NCBI GenBank assembly: GCA_043228905.1
Contig: JBHGNT010000002.1
Coordinates: 7,378,001-7,442,000 of the forward strand
Length of the DNA: 64,000 bases
Direction: 5' to 3'
Source of the DNA: Azolla caroliniana
Taxonomy: Eukaryota; Plantae; Polypodiophyta
Numbering within the stretch: the stretch's first letter is position 1; every line of letters begins with the position of its first letter. Positions 34,517-46,044 of this stretch are shown piece by piece. The translations under genes were made by a program, and so were the position numbers. A model generated the notes under the pieces. It was not told the DNA's origin. It did no database searches and saw nothing but the letters and a program-made list of their open reading frames with translations.

Positions 34517-35207
34517 CCTAATTTGACCAAAATTTCATAAAATTTCAAAGCAATTTCGATTATAAATAAACTATATACAGTAGATACATTTTTAATCTTT
34601 GATGACTATTCATATTGACATGGAATAAACATCAAATTGAGCTTAATCTAGCCCTTTTAATGGCTGGTTATGATTGAATAACCAACCATTAAAAGGCCTC
34701 CCGATTTGGAGAAGAAAGAAGAGGGAGATGAGGAATGCCTCATCATTGGAGAATGTCTTTTGTGTGAGATGGAGAGGGGTAGAGTAGAGGGATGGGGTCC
34801 GGGGAAGAGCTAAAGCTCAGCTCTCGACAACGGGCGGCCATTATCTCATTCTTTATCTTGTGCTAATTTGACCGGAATTTCATAAAATTTCAAAACAATT
34901 TTAATCATAAATAGACTATATACAATAGATACATTTTCAATCCTTGATGACATTCACATTGACATGGAATAGACATCAAATTGAGCTTAATCTAGGCCTT
35001 TTAATGGCTGGTTAATTCAATCATAACCAGCCATTAAAAGGCCTCCTGATTTGGAGAAGAAAGAAGAGGGAGATGAGTCTTGAGAAAAACCTCATCATTG
35101 GAGAATGTGTTCAATGTGAGATGGAGAGGCATAGAGTGGAGGGATGGGGAAGAGCTAAAGCTCAGCTCTCGCCAACAAGCGGCAATTATCTCATTCTTTA
35201 TCTTGTG
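34517..35207 (+). repeat. ~345-bp tandem duplication in the hAT 5' region, each copy with a long hairpin
   Basis: CTAATTTGACC...CTTTATCTTGTG twice; hairpins at 34653-34696 and 34994-35044. Confidence 0.85.
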
Positions 35208-35913
35208 CCTTCCTTTGGCCACGCAAGAAAGAAAGGAAGAGAAGAAGTGAGCATTTACAATACAATACACACACACACACATATGTATATGTATTGTATT
35301 GTATGTATGTGTGTATGTACATGTGTGTGTGCGTGTTTGTATTGTATTGTATACATGTATGATTCATGATGCATACAATTGTGACACTCTTTACATCTAT
35401 TTCCTAGTCATGATATCTCACTAAATTTTCACTATCACTCTTGAGATTTTGGAACAAGTATTTTGGAATTTATAATAGACTATAGTATAATACAACATGT
35501 TACATGTATGCTTTGGTTTTATGTGTGTCTATCCCTTCTTTAATACAACAATGTTGGTGGCAGATAGAGACATTGATAGCTTGTGGTGAATTATCAAAGA
35601 ATAGTGTCTTCATACAAGAGCATACCGACATCACAGGTAAATGTTCCGTGATTATGTGCTCTTTTATAATTCATTTATAATGAATAATAATTTTTTCCTC
35701 TTGATGGGGATGGAATGCCATTTTCTTAGGCAAGTATCTTCCATTCGAATTTGCCATTTGCTTATGCCTATCATTTAAATTTTAAACAATTTCTTCTTGC
35801 ATTATTACATCACATTATTTCCTTATTCACACATTTAACATTGTGGATTCATGAATTTAGGACAATATAAAAGACAACTTCGAGTCTCTAGAACTTGCCG
35901 TCCTCAATCAACC

Positions 35914-38724
35914 ATGCCACGCAAGGAATCCCCCCTTATGGGATAAATATTGTTTGAACAAACAAGCTGGGAAGTCATCTGGGAACTATTATTGGGATTG
36001 CAAATTATGTGGTTTTCATGGGTCTGGGACACTAACACGTTTAGTTGCTCACCTTGCTGGAATTAAAGGTGAAGGTATAGACAAGTGTGAGCAAGTAACT
36101 CTAGAGGCATATCAAGATGCTATAGCAGTAGCACAAGAAAGTGAATTGACTCGCAAGAAGCTAAAACGCATTAAAGAAGTAGAAGCCATGGAAAAACAAA
36201 TTGAGCAAGAAGGCATGGTGGATTCAATGGTTGATTCAATGTTCCAATCACAACCTTCAATGGATAGCATATGTGCCTCATCTAAGAAGGATTCAATAGA
36301 CCAAATTCCTATTGATATTGAAGATACAGAAGTTTCAAGAAGAAAAAGTCTCACTCAAAGCACAATAAGGAGAGGATCAAGTGCCGCTATGTTGATCAAG
36401 AAAGACCATGCAAACACAATGTTGGTTAGATGCTTTGTGGAAGGTAATCTATCTTTTAATCTTTTGAAAATGTCATGTTGGAGGAACATGTTGTTAGCTT
36501 TCTCTGATATTGGGGAAAAGTATAGTGGTATTACCTACAATGATTTAAGAGTTAAATATTTAAAGAAAGAGCATTTGAATGTGCAACACAAAGTGGAAAA
36601 TGTGAAAGCCCTTTGGCCAAAATATGGAGTTACCATACTTTCATATGGATGAATTGACACTAGCAAGCGAGCACTTGTGAATATTTTGGTCTCATGTTGT
36701 TATGGCACAATGTACCTTAAAACTATTGATTGTAGTGGTGTTTCTACAAGGGTTGATGGTCCATGGTTGGTTGAAATGCTATCAACTGCGATAAAGCAAG
36801 TAAAAGTAGAAAATGTGGTGCAAATTGTCACAGATAATGCATCTAATTGTGTTAGCATGGGTCACATTCTAGAGACTGAATTCCCAAGCCTTGTATGAAC
36901 TCCTTGTGCATCACATTGTTTAGATTTATTGCTAGAGGATATTGGGAAGTTGAGTTGGGTTCGTCAAGTGCACAAGAGAGCAAATTGTGTGGTTAGACTA
37001 TTCTCCAAGAAAAGGAATGCACGAAAAATTTTCAACAACTATTCATCTCTTGTGCTCCTTAGGCCAAGTGCCACTCGATTTGGCTACATTCTTATTGTCC
37101 TTGAGAGGCTGGCAAGAGTTTGGAGAGCCCTTGAACAAACTGTGGTTAGTAACTATTGGGAGGATTGGAATGACTCCCAAAGGCCAAATGCGGTCAAGGT
37201 GAAGTCCATTGTGCAAGATAACTCTACTTTGCCGTCAATTATGATTGTAATTTCGATTATGCGTCCACTGTTTTCTGTTTTGCGGCTAACTGATCGTGAA
37301 GGATCTACAATGGGCTTACTTTATGAGTTCATGAGGAGGGTTAGAGACAAATTGCAACAAGGCGCGAGAGAGAATACATTAAACAAGGACAGGTAATATG
37401 TTTCTATGTACTATGTAGTATGTACATTTGTTGTTTATTGCATCTTTTTCATTTCTTTAAATCATTGATATCAACTACGTTATGCATATTTTGGTAACTG
37501 TTTACGAGTTTTGATTCAAATTCAAATGTTAGTGCAGATATAAAGAGGTTTTGGAATGTTTTGATTGTCGTTGGTCGTGGTTCAAAAAACCAATTCATAT
37601 TGTTGCACATATTTTGCATCCTTTATGGAAGCCCAAAGATCAACCAATAGTTATGAATGAAGAGATGACAGATGGATGGCTTGCATATATTCAAAAGGTA
37701 TATTCTATAGATGAATGCGAAATCTTGCAAGATCAATTTGACATGTATAGGAATGGTGTGGGCCGATTTAGCAATGAACTATCAAAATCACACATTGCAA
37801 AATGTAAACCTGTCTCATGGTGGGAAAGATATGGGGACAATGTGCCCTTACTACAATCGTTAGCTTGTAGAGTATTGTCTCAGGTATTATATTTCATTTT
37901 TTATTAATGTTTCAATTTTATTAATCTTCTATATAGTACAATGACATATATTGTTTTCTTAAAACTTTGTGTCATAGGATTGCTCTTCTGGAGCTGTTGA
38001 AAGAAATTGGAATGCACATGCATTAGCACATACAAAAAGGAGGAACCGTTTGAAGGTGAAACAAGTGGAGAGATTAGTATATGTTAGAGAAAACTTAAGG
38101 CTTGTTCGAAGCTTTCAAACTCATGTAGGTCTTCCAATGCAGGTCTACATCTTTCTTATTCATGTTTGATATTTGATGTTTAGAAAACCATTTGAATTTT
38201 GTAGGTTAATTAACAAGCCTTGTTAATTGGTTGTGGTTTAAATATTGTAAATCATTATTATGATACCAAAATATTATTTGATTTAGGTAAATCCAGATGA
38301 GATAGACATTGACAAGACTCCTGAAATGCCTCCATCAACAACCAATATTGATACTCAATTCGCACAAGCATATTTTGAGGAATCTGAGGCTATGCATATT
38401 GGTCGGGTTACTCGAAGTAGATCTAAGTTTACCGATATGATAGTGGATGAAGGATTGGTGGAATCAAGTTCTAACACTATTAGAAAGGGTCGTGGATATG
38501 TTCGTAGTCATGCTTGTGCAAGAGTTGCAAGTACAAGAAGGATAATTACTCAACAAACTACAACCAAGGCTTGCAATGCTGAATTTGGTAATGATGATGG
38601 AGATAAAGAGGATGAAGACATTGACAATGCCATAGTTGATTCATCTTCTGATAGTGATTATGTGGACAACTATGATGATACAACAACGGAATCTTCTAAT
38701 GATGATTTAGAAGAAGAAATATAA
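35914..38724 (+). pseudogene. hAT transposase pseudogene (BED finger, DUF659-type core, hATC dimerisation domain), spliced
   Basis: WDCKLC..RLVAHLAG..C; TILSYG* (SDGW site destroyed); VQIVTDNASN; *TPCASHCLDL; TRF; WWERYG..SQ|DCSSGAVERNW..KRRNRL; GT-AG introns near 37393, 37884, 38143. Confidence 0.9.
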
Positions 38725-39926
38725 TCGAAAATTGCATGGAGATATGTATTGTTGGTTTTAACTTTTACATATCTATTCTAATTTTGATTCAAAGTTCAAA
38801 GTTCAAAGTTCAAAGTTCAATTTTGGTTCAATTTTGATATGTGTTTTGGTTCAAACTTCAAACTTCAATTGTGTTCTCGAATCTCAAATCTCTAGTGTCC
38901 ACTTTCATTTTAAAATATGTAAATCACTTGTATAATGTATTAATGTATTGAAACATAGATAACCGTTTATCCAAATTACAAGTATATAGTATTCAAATTA
39001 CAAGTACCTTTGCAAATTGGTTTTTAAGTATTTGATGTTTTTAACGTATTCAAAATGTATTCAACGTATTTTACCTTTAAATACGTATTCTAAGAACTTA
39101 TAAATTATTTTTAGAATACTTATAAAATACGTAGCATACGTATTGTACACATACGGTATGCTACGTATGTTACAACCATGACATCTAGTATCTGATGCAT
39201 TGCCATGGATTCTTGTTGTAAATGTTGGATTTGCAACGAAAATGTGATGCATTGCATCAGATTTGAAAATATATAAAATTTGTCCTAGTTTTCTATGTAG
39301 TTAGACCTCGATTTTTTGTAGTTTTCACCACGTTGTTTTGCTAATAAATACTCATTTTCAATCTGTCCATGTAACCGCAAACTCCACACATAATTTTAAA
39401 ATGCAAATAAAAAACGAAATACGTGGACTCCCAATGGTCCCCTCTTCCATGGTAATGCATCTTGTTTCGAAACAAAGTTACAACAGGTTGTTTCTAAAAT
39501 AAAGTTCTTAACATGACAACAAGTTGAGAACAATGGTCTACATTTTGAGACAAATCAATAACAAAGTATCACATCTAATACTAAGAGACACATTCTATAT
39601 AAATCGACATAAATTACGCATTGTAAAATTTGTTCAATGGGGTACCATTTTTCATAAATTATAAAATTGGGGTTAATACAATTAAGCTTCATGGAATTCC
39701 ATTCCTTATCTCCAAATTGGATAAAAGAACATAACAGATGGAATATGAAACTATTGACTTTCTTGTCATGAAAATAATTAGTTGAGAATTTTGGTATGTT
39801 TTAAGAAACCATGTATGCATGTGTCCTACCATCGTAAAATTGTGCTAAAATGAGCCATTTTTTAACATCTCCCCATAAGTAAAAAGGAGAACACGACATA
39901 TTACCTATTTCAAATGTCTTGGTATT

Positions 39927-40260
39927 GCATATGGCCAGGCATAATAGTCCTATATGTATTCGGGTCCATGGGTTCCCCTCCTTTATGTACATATAGGGGC
40001 CATTATGTTCATGGTCCACTGTGGTAGAAAATCCTTTGCGAGGGCACGGTTAAAGAGTAGAGTGAGAAAAGGAGTTAGGCACTCTCGGGCATACACGATG
40101 TACTCAAGTCATAATCCTATGTGATCCATAGACATTATATGTTGCAATTTCTTTATGACCTTAGTGACCATCAAAGTTGTGAAAAATGTCTCCATTGTGG
40201 GTCAAGGTGTAGAAGGCATAGGAATGGGCGCGAGAATCCAAGGGAAAATGAGAATTATAG
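39927..40260 (-). pseudogene. Host LINE ORF2, pre-RT piece (may extend further upstream)
   Basis: FTTLMVTKVIKKL..LTPFLTLLFNRAL..QWTMNI..KGGEPMDPNTYRTIMPGH. Confidence 0.82.
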
Positions 40261-41308
40261 CCTTGCGGTGGCATGTTGTTAATAGTACTCGGGCATTTAA
40301 ATGTTCAAAATTTATTATGGTTAAACAATTAGTGCATTCTTAGCAATGATGTTTGAAATTGTTTAATTGGAGGCCCATTTAGTGCAGAAAAGATATTAAT
40401 TCCTTGGCAACAAAGGTGTTGTTAGTTTCAAGGATATTGCATTGGGATGGAAAAGAAAGTCAAAATTCACAATTCAATCCAATGACAAGGTTGGGCTTGG
40501 TAATTGTGGAAGATGACATTTTAGAGTCACATAGGAAAATGATGGCCTTTCGAACAATTACAAATAAGTTTCATATACCACGTGGATATGGGTATAGTTG
40601 GCAGTCACTATTGGCATTGCCTAGTTTTAGTTTTCCTGATTCTAGAGTTGGTGGTCAGGGAACCATGGAAAGATTGGTCATTTGGTATTGGAAAATCGAT
40701 TTTTGTGGCGCATATTAATGATGTATACCGTAAGTTGGTTGAAGATAGAGCTTGGTTAGCAAATAAGGTTTTGGATACATGGTACATTGCTCAACATGTA
40801 AAGCAGTGGCATAGAGTATTTAGATGCAAGATGACAATCTCATCTTCCATTTCGTGCAAAGGTGTTTCTTTGACATGCGATAGTTGGTGGGTTGCCTTTG
40901 GCGATGGCTTTAAAACGAAGACATATTTCGAATGGGACATGTTTTTTTCTGTACGGTGGTTGACGAAGAGGCCAGACATAGGTTCATTTACATGTCGGGG
41001 TTGCTAAAGCCATTTGGGTGGTTATATCACAAAACTGGGGCATATTTTTTAACAGGAAAAATGTTTGTCACCTTTTCAGTGCGTTTTTTATTGATGGATG
41101 ATTGATGATAAAGCTATACCCACGCCATCAGATCAGATCGTGTTTGACTACCTTAGGTTATTGGGGGATGTGGTTTTAATTGGACCAAGAGGAGGCGGGG
41201 AGTTATGTCATCTTCAAGTAATACAACACTTTGAGAGGGTTTCCCTTTGTCGTATCACGACATACTACTAACAAAGTAGTGAAGATAGCAAGGGTTCTAT
41301 TATCAACT

Positions 41309-41655
41309 TGTTTTAAAATAACAAACATAGATTTATGAAAAATAAATAAAAACAAATAAAAATAAATCCAAGGGGTTGTTTTAAAATAACAGACATAGAT
41401 TTATGAAAAATAAATAAAAACAAATAAAAATAAAATCCAAGGGGTATTGTATATAATTTTAGGAACCTTGGGGAAGAAGATTGCAGGGGTATTTTTTTGG
41501 AGAATTAATAAAATGTTGTAGAATTCTTCACAATCACAACAAGACCTAATTCTTCATATACCCCCCTATTGCAGGGGTATTTTTTTGAAGAATTAATAAA
41601 ATGTTGTAGAATTCTTCACAATCACAACAAGACCTAATTCTTCATATACCCCCCC
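41309..41655. repeat. Two adjacent tandem duplications (~67 bp x2 and ~88 bp x2) upstream of TOM7
   Basis: TTGTTTTAAAATAAC...ATCCAAGGGG twice; ATTGCAGGGGTAT...CATATACCCCCC twice. Confidence 0.85.
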
Positions 41656-41872
41656 TCCTCCTCCTCCTCCGGAACAGAGCAGGAGGAGCTCGATCGTCAG
41701 TTCTCTAACCAGGTCCGCCATAGCTCATCCTTCTCCTTCTTCTTCCTCTGTTTCATCATTCTCTCCTTCTCCTTCTCCTTCTCCTTCCTTCTACTCATTT
41801 GTTTTGATTTTTGATCTTTTGATTTTTCTTTTGGCATTCGTTGTGCAGGTGAGCAAAGCGTGACACGAATCC

Positions 41873-42100
41873 ATGGCTCCTCGTCTCGACGCGAAAGGGA
41901 AGGGCAAGGCGTCGGCGGAGGATGATAAGAAGAAGAAGAAGAAGACGGCGACGTGGGGAAGCTCTTTGAAGCAGTGGTCCAATTGGGCGCTCAAGAAGGC
42001 CAAAGTTGCCACGCACTGGGGCTTCATACCCCTCATCATCGTGGTCGGCATGAACACAGAGCCCAAACCCAGCCTCTCTCAGCTCCTCAGCCCTGTCTAA
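41873..42100 (+). CDS. TOM7: Mitochondrial import receptor subunit TOM7
   Basis: 75 aa, [44 protein letters not shown]; likely 5' UTR intron 41713-41848 and 3' UTR donor at 42135. Confidence 0.95.
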   Translation: MAPRLDAKGKGKASAEDDKKKKKKTATWGSSLKQWSNWALKKAKVATHWGFIPLIIVVGMNTEPKPSLSQLLSPV

Positions 42101-43575
42101 CGACAAATCTACTTAGCTTTTTGCTACTAACCAGGTCAGTTGCACTTCTCTCTTCTTCTCAAATCATTCTCAGAATATGCAACAATCCTCTTGAACATTT
42201 CAATATTAGAATCATAAAACTCGTGTTGCACTAAAGCAGTATGCATCTAATAAATGGAGCAATCTCTATGTCTTGGATGTTTACATCTTATCCTCAGATG
42301 ACTTTTCAAGCTACACCATGCTTGATATTTAATATGTATGTATGTATGTATGTATGTAGTAATTATAGCATACGTGTGTGTCTAAACCGTTGATTGCCAT
42401 ACATGTATACTTTGAGTGTGGTTTCGAAATTGGAGTTGCACATTATCAGCATACACATCTACTGTCCTTCTACCCATGTATTCGTCTCAGCCATAGTCAT
42501 CCAGATAGTGGCATGGTGATAGTGACCTACTCTATAGTTAAATTAATTCTACAATTTTCCCATCAGCTGTTGATGGGCTTTGGTCAGGTGCAGTCTAATG
42601 TCTTTTGCTGGCACATGGAAGTTTACTTAAGGATTTTTTCTTATTTTCTTTGCATGTTCTTTCTGCAGGAAATCTTATCTGATCTGAAACAATAAACGGA
42701 GACAATGCTTTATGTTCAGAAGTTGGTCTATGGATATATACTACAAACACTATTTTTCATTTGAGTACATGTATCTGAAGGATTCAAGGAGATATCCCAT
42801 AAGTGTTAGATATGCTTAGTTGGGTATAATGTAGCTTGATATTAAAGTTTTGTATTTGAGTTGCCTTTTTCTCAGCCATTGGACATCTCTGTTTCTAATC
42901 CACGTTATGTTAGGATGTCTGGCGTGGCTATTAACTCCTTCTTGGGAGACAGATAAGTTGAGTTTGTTTGCATGGTTTTGTGTTGAATCTGTAGAATATC
43001 CAAACTTGAGGATGTAAAGTCAGGATGGGTCAGAGTTTTTTACATTGTTTAAGCCATGCTCAGATGAACTTAACTGAACATTAAGGGCAATACAATATCT
43101 TAGGTTTTACATGGAGTTGAGAATAGATCTGATTATTTGATCTTTATTTCATTGCTTACAATATATGTGCTGTATGTCAAAACATGCACATATGTTTCTG
43201 TGATGGTTTATTTAATGTAGTAAATTATTTCCTATACATATACGACATACAAAATATGTGGCCGATGTTGAAACATGCATGTCTGTTTCTGTGATGGTTT
43301 GTTTAACGTAGTAAATGATTTCTTAGTCACAAATGTGTGAACTCAATAATTTGTGTGTTGTCCTATTAGCACCTAGGTTTTAAAAGGTTATGGTATCGAC
43401 ATGTAGCAATTGATATATGCTAATTCTTATATCAATCTCTTCACAAATACCATGTTGAAACATGCACATAGATACAGTATTATGGTTATTCTATTAAATC
43501 TTTATGGCGATAACTGTAAAGGGAATCTCCTGAGCAATTATATTTTGATTATATTATCAAAATGTCTCCCAACGA

Positions 43576-43680
43576 ATGTCTCCTGAGCAAATGAAGAATC
43601 TTGATCATTTTTATTGTCCTGAGTGTGAACTGCTGAGAAGTACCAAAACTTCATCCAACTCATCGGAAGAGAAGACAGAG
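43576..43680 (+). pseudogene. Orphan exon resembling the PHD-finger C-terminus of EBS/SHL-type BAH-PHD proteins
   Basis: MSPEQMKNLDHFYCPEC..EEKTE followed by GTAAG donor; no upstream BAH exons seen. Confidence 0.55.
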
Positions 43681-44667
43681 GTAAGTTAGTGTTTTACCAC
43701 TATGAAACACAGATGACCTCCTGGACATGCATCCATCTATGCAAGCACTTTGGGCATTACTCTTTCTTGGTGTATAAATATATTGCATTCAATTTGCATT
43801 TTTCTGATATTGAATGTGCTCATATGATCAATTGACAATGACCTTTTATCATGATATACATGCAGGTCCTGTTCATATGAATATTATTAATAAGGCTAGA
43901 GATATGTGCACTTGCAATGACTCCTCGTCATGAAATATGCGTTTTTGTTTTAATCTCTTCTCCCATCTGACATGATGTTTGTTTAAAAGATGGGGTAAAA
44001 GTCATGGAAAGGCTGCTTTAAAGGATGTTTGTTTCAAAAATGGGGTTTATGTTCATATCATGGTAGAAATAACATAAATGCGTTTTTAAATCTCCTCCAT
44101 GTAGAAATGATGTTGCTAAATCATTCACACATGCGGTACACAAATAAAGGCATAAAGCCCTTCCATTTGGAATCATAATGGTGATAAATGCTTGACAAAT
44201 ATGGTAGAAAGAATAGAAACGAGGATTTAAATCTCTTCCATCTGCAAATAATGTTGATATTTAATCTTTCGCAATGCGGTAGAAATAATGCAAATGATGA
44301 TTCAAAGCTGTTATTCCTCTGGAAATAATGCTGGCGTAATGTGTTCTAATTTTCACAAATATGGTAAAAATTACACAAACGATTGTCCAAAGCTATTATT
44401 CCACTGGAAATGACGTTGGCATTCCAACATTCACAAATTTGGTAGAAATTACACCACTGATGGAATGCTATTATTCCACTTGGAAATGATGTCGTTAATA
44501 ACAATGTATCCTTTTGCTTTTCTGGCAGTTGGGCAGAAACTATGGAGGATTTAATTCTCCCCTTAATTGAATATTGTTGACTTAAATTCAGATTTGCATA
44601 CGAATTCAAACGAATGTAGTATGCAATGCCGATTCTGTGGTCAATGTTATTGCTGCATCTATTGCAG

Positions 44668-46044
44668 ATTAAATGGATTATCCCTACTGCACCCATGCAG
44701 CCCTTATCTGTCTGGGGGGAATGCATGTAAGTGATTAAGTCATTGAGAGATGTATAAGTTAAAGGTGGCATTCTTAAATCAAAATGGGCTTCTAATATAG
44801 TTCTAATGCAGTGGCAAAATGATTAGTCTACCTCCTTCATTTTGACTAAATCATTATAAAATTTTATTTTTCTCAAACGGGTTTGATGGAGCATCTCGTT
44901 TTGAAGATGCATCAGCAGATGTAGAGGGACTTGATGCTTCAGCGGCACATGTTGTTGAACTCTTATCCAGCGAATCTGCAAGCAGTGAGTTCAATGTCTT
45001 ATCACTTTACATTCTATTAAGGGGTTAACTCATGCCACTCTGCAGTTTCCTTGACAACTTCAGCCTAGATGTGGCAGAGGTCCAAATTAACTTGGATACA
45101 AAATGCATATCCTGAACTGATTACAACTCTATTTGTAGTACAATGAGTTGCAATGAATGTTATGCTTGACGATCACATAGGTTTGGAATTGTTTTAGAAG
45201 TCTGAAGAGAGGATTTACCATAGGATTTCATTGGTTTTCACATGTTGGAAATCTCTCTGAGATTGTTTGTGTGTACAGTAAAGCTCGGAGTTGGAGGATT
45301 CAGTCAAGGTGCAGTAACAAGCCTATATACTTCAATATGCTCGGTGATTGGGAAGTATAGTAATGGCACAGTCTTTCCATGTAAGCTCAGTGTTTGTGTT
45401 GCAATCAGTGGTTGGATTCCAAAAGCAAAGTGAGTGGATTTCATTCTTTAGTTTTTCAATCTCCTTTTGCATATCAATGTATGGAATCTATGGGTTTATT
45501 CTTCTTACTTGTTTTTAGACACATACAAGTCCACCTAGATGACAATATTGAGGCCTGGCATCACGCTAAGCAGTTGCCCTTTATTCATTGTTCATGGAAC
45601 AGGCAAGTCAATTCAACTTAAGAGTGAAATTGATATATAAGGATTCAAGTCAGAGGGCTTTTCTTAACTTGGTAACAATAGGGATAGTATTATTGTGTAT
45701 GCAGTGGTGCTTTCCTTACATATTTAGAGTTGGTGCTGCAGAGGATGACATGGTGTGATGTAAGTTCGGAGAGAGGGCAGATTCTTCGTTGCGATCAATA
45801 GGATCAATAGCGAGATGTACAAGGGGTAATCTTATAGCTAGGTTTTCTATTCAATATTGATGATAATCTTTCATAGCGAGAAACATTTAACATATTCTAT
45901 TTTTCATTTCGTTAGTCCAAGTATAGAATTATTATCTCATTCACCTATTGCTTGGTCTGGTTCAGGATGGGCCATCATACCTCTCCAACAGAGATGAATG
46001 ATATCTGCGACTTTTCCAAAGAGAAGCTGCACGTACAAAGCTAG
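44668..46044 (+). pseudogene. Acyl-protein thioesterase / phospholipase-carboxylesterase pseudogene (6 exon remnants)
   Basis: IKWIIPTAP; EGLDASAAHV; KLGVGGFSQGA..ISGWIP; QLPFIHC (frameshifted); DDMV*; MGHHT; no N-terminal HGLGD exon found. Confidence 0.8.

Larger units (their letters stand above)
34076..39180 (+). mobile_element. hAT DNA transposon
   Basis: Imperfect TIR CATTGTTGTTA / CATGGTTGTAA; perfect 8-bp TSD ACATCTAG; subterminal ACGTATT repeats at both ends; internal transposase. Confidence 0.92.
33019..39926. mobile_element. Unclassified non-autonomous TIR DNA transposon (~1.8 kb without the nested hAT)
   Basis: ~33-bp TIR AAyACCAAGwCATTTGAAATwGGTAATATGTCG at both ends; flanking duplication GCAT; removing it restores LINE codons YRTIMPGHML|VVKLYG. 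Confidence 0.82.

Noticed and set aside
33061-41103. Second candidate TIR pair (33061-33095 vs 41069-41103)
   Set aside because: Weaker match, no TSD, and conflicts with the 33019-39926 boundaries that restore the LINE frame.
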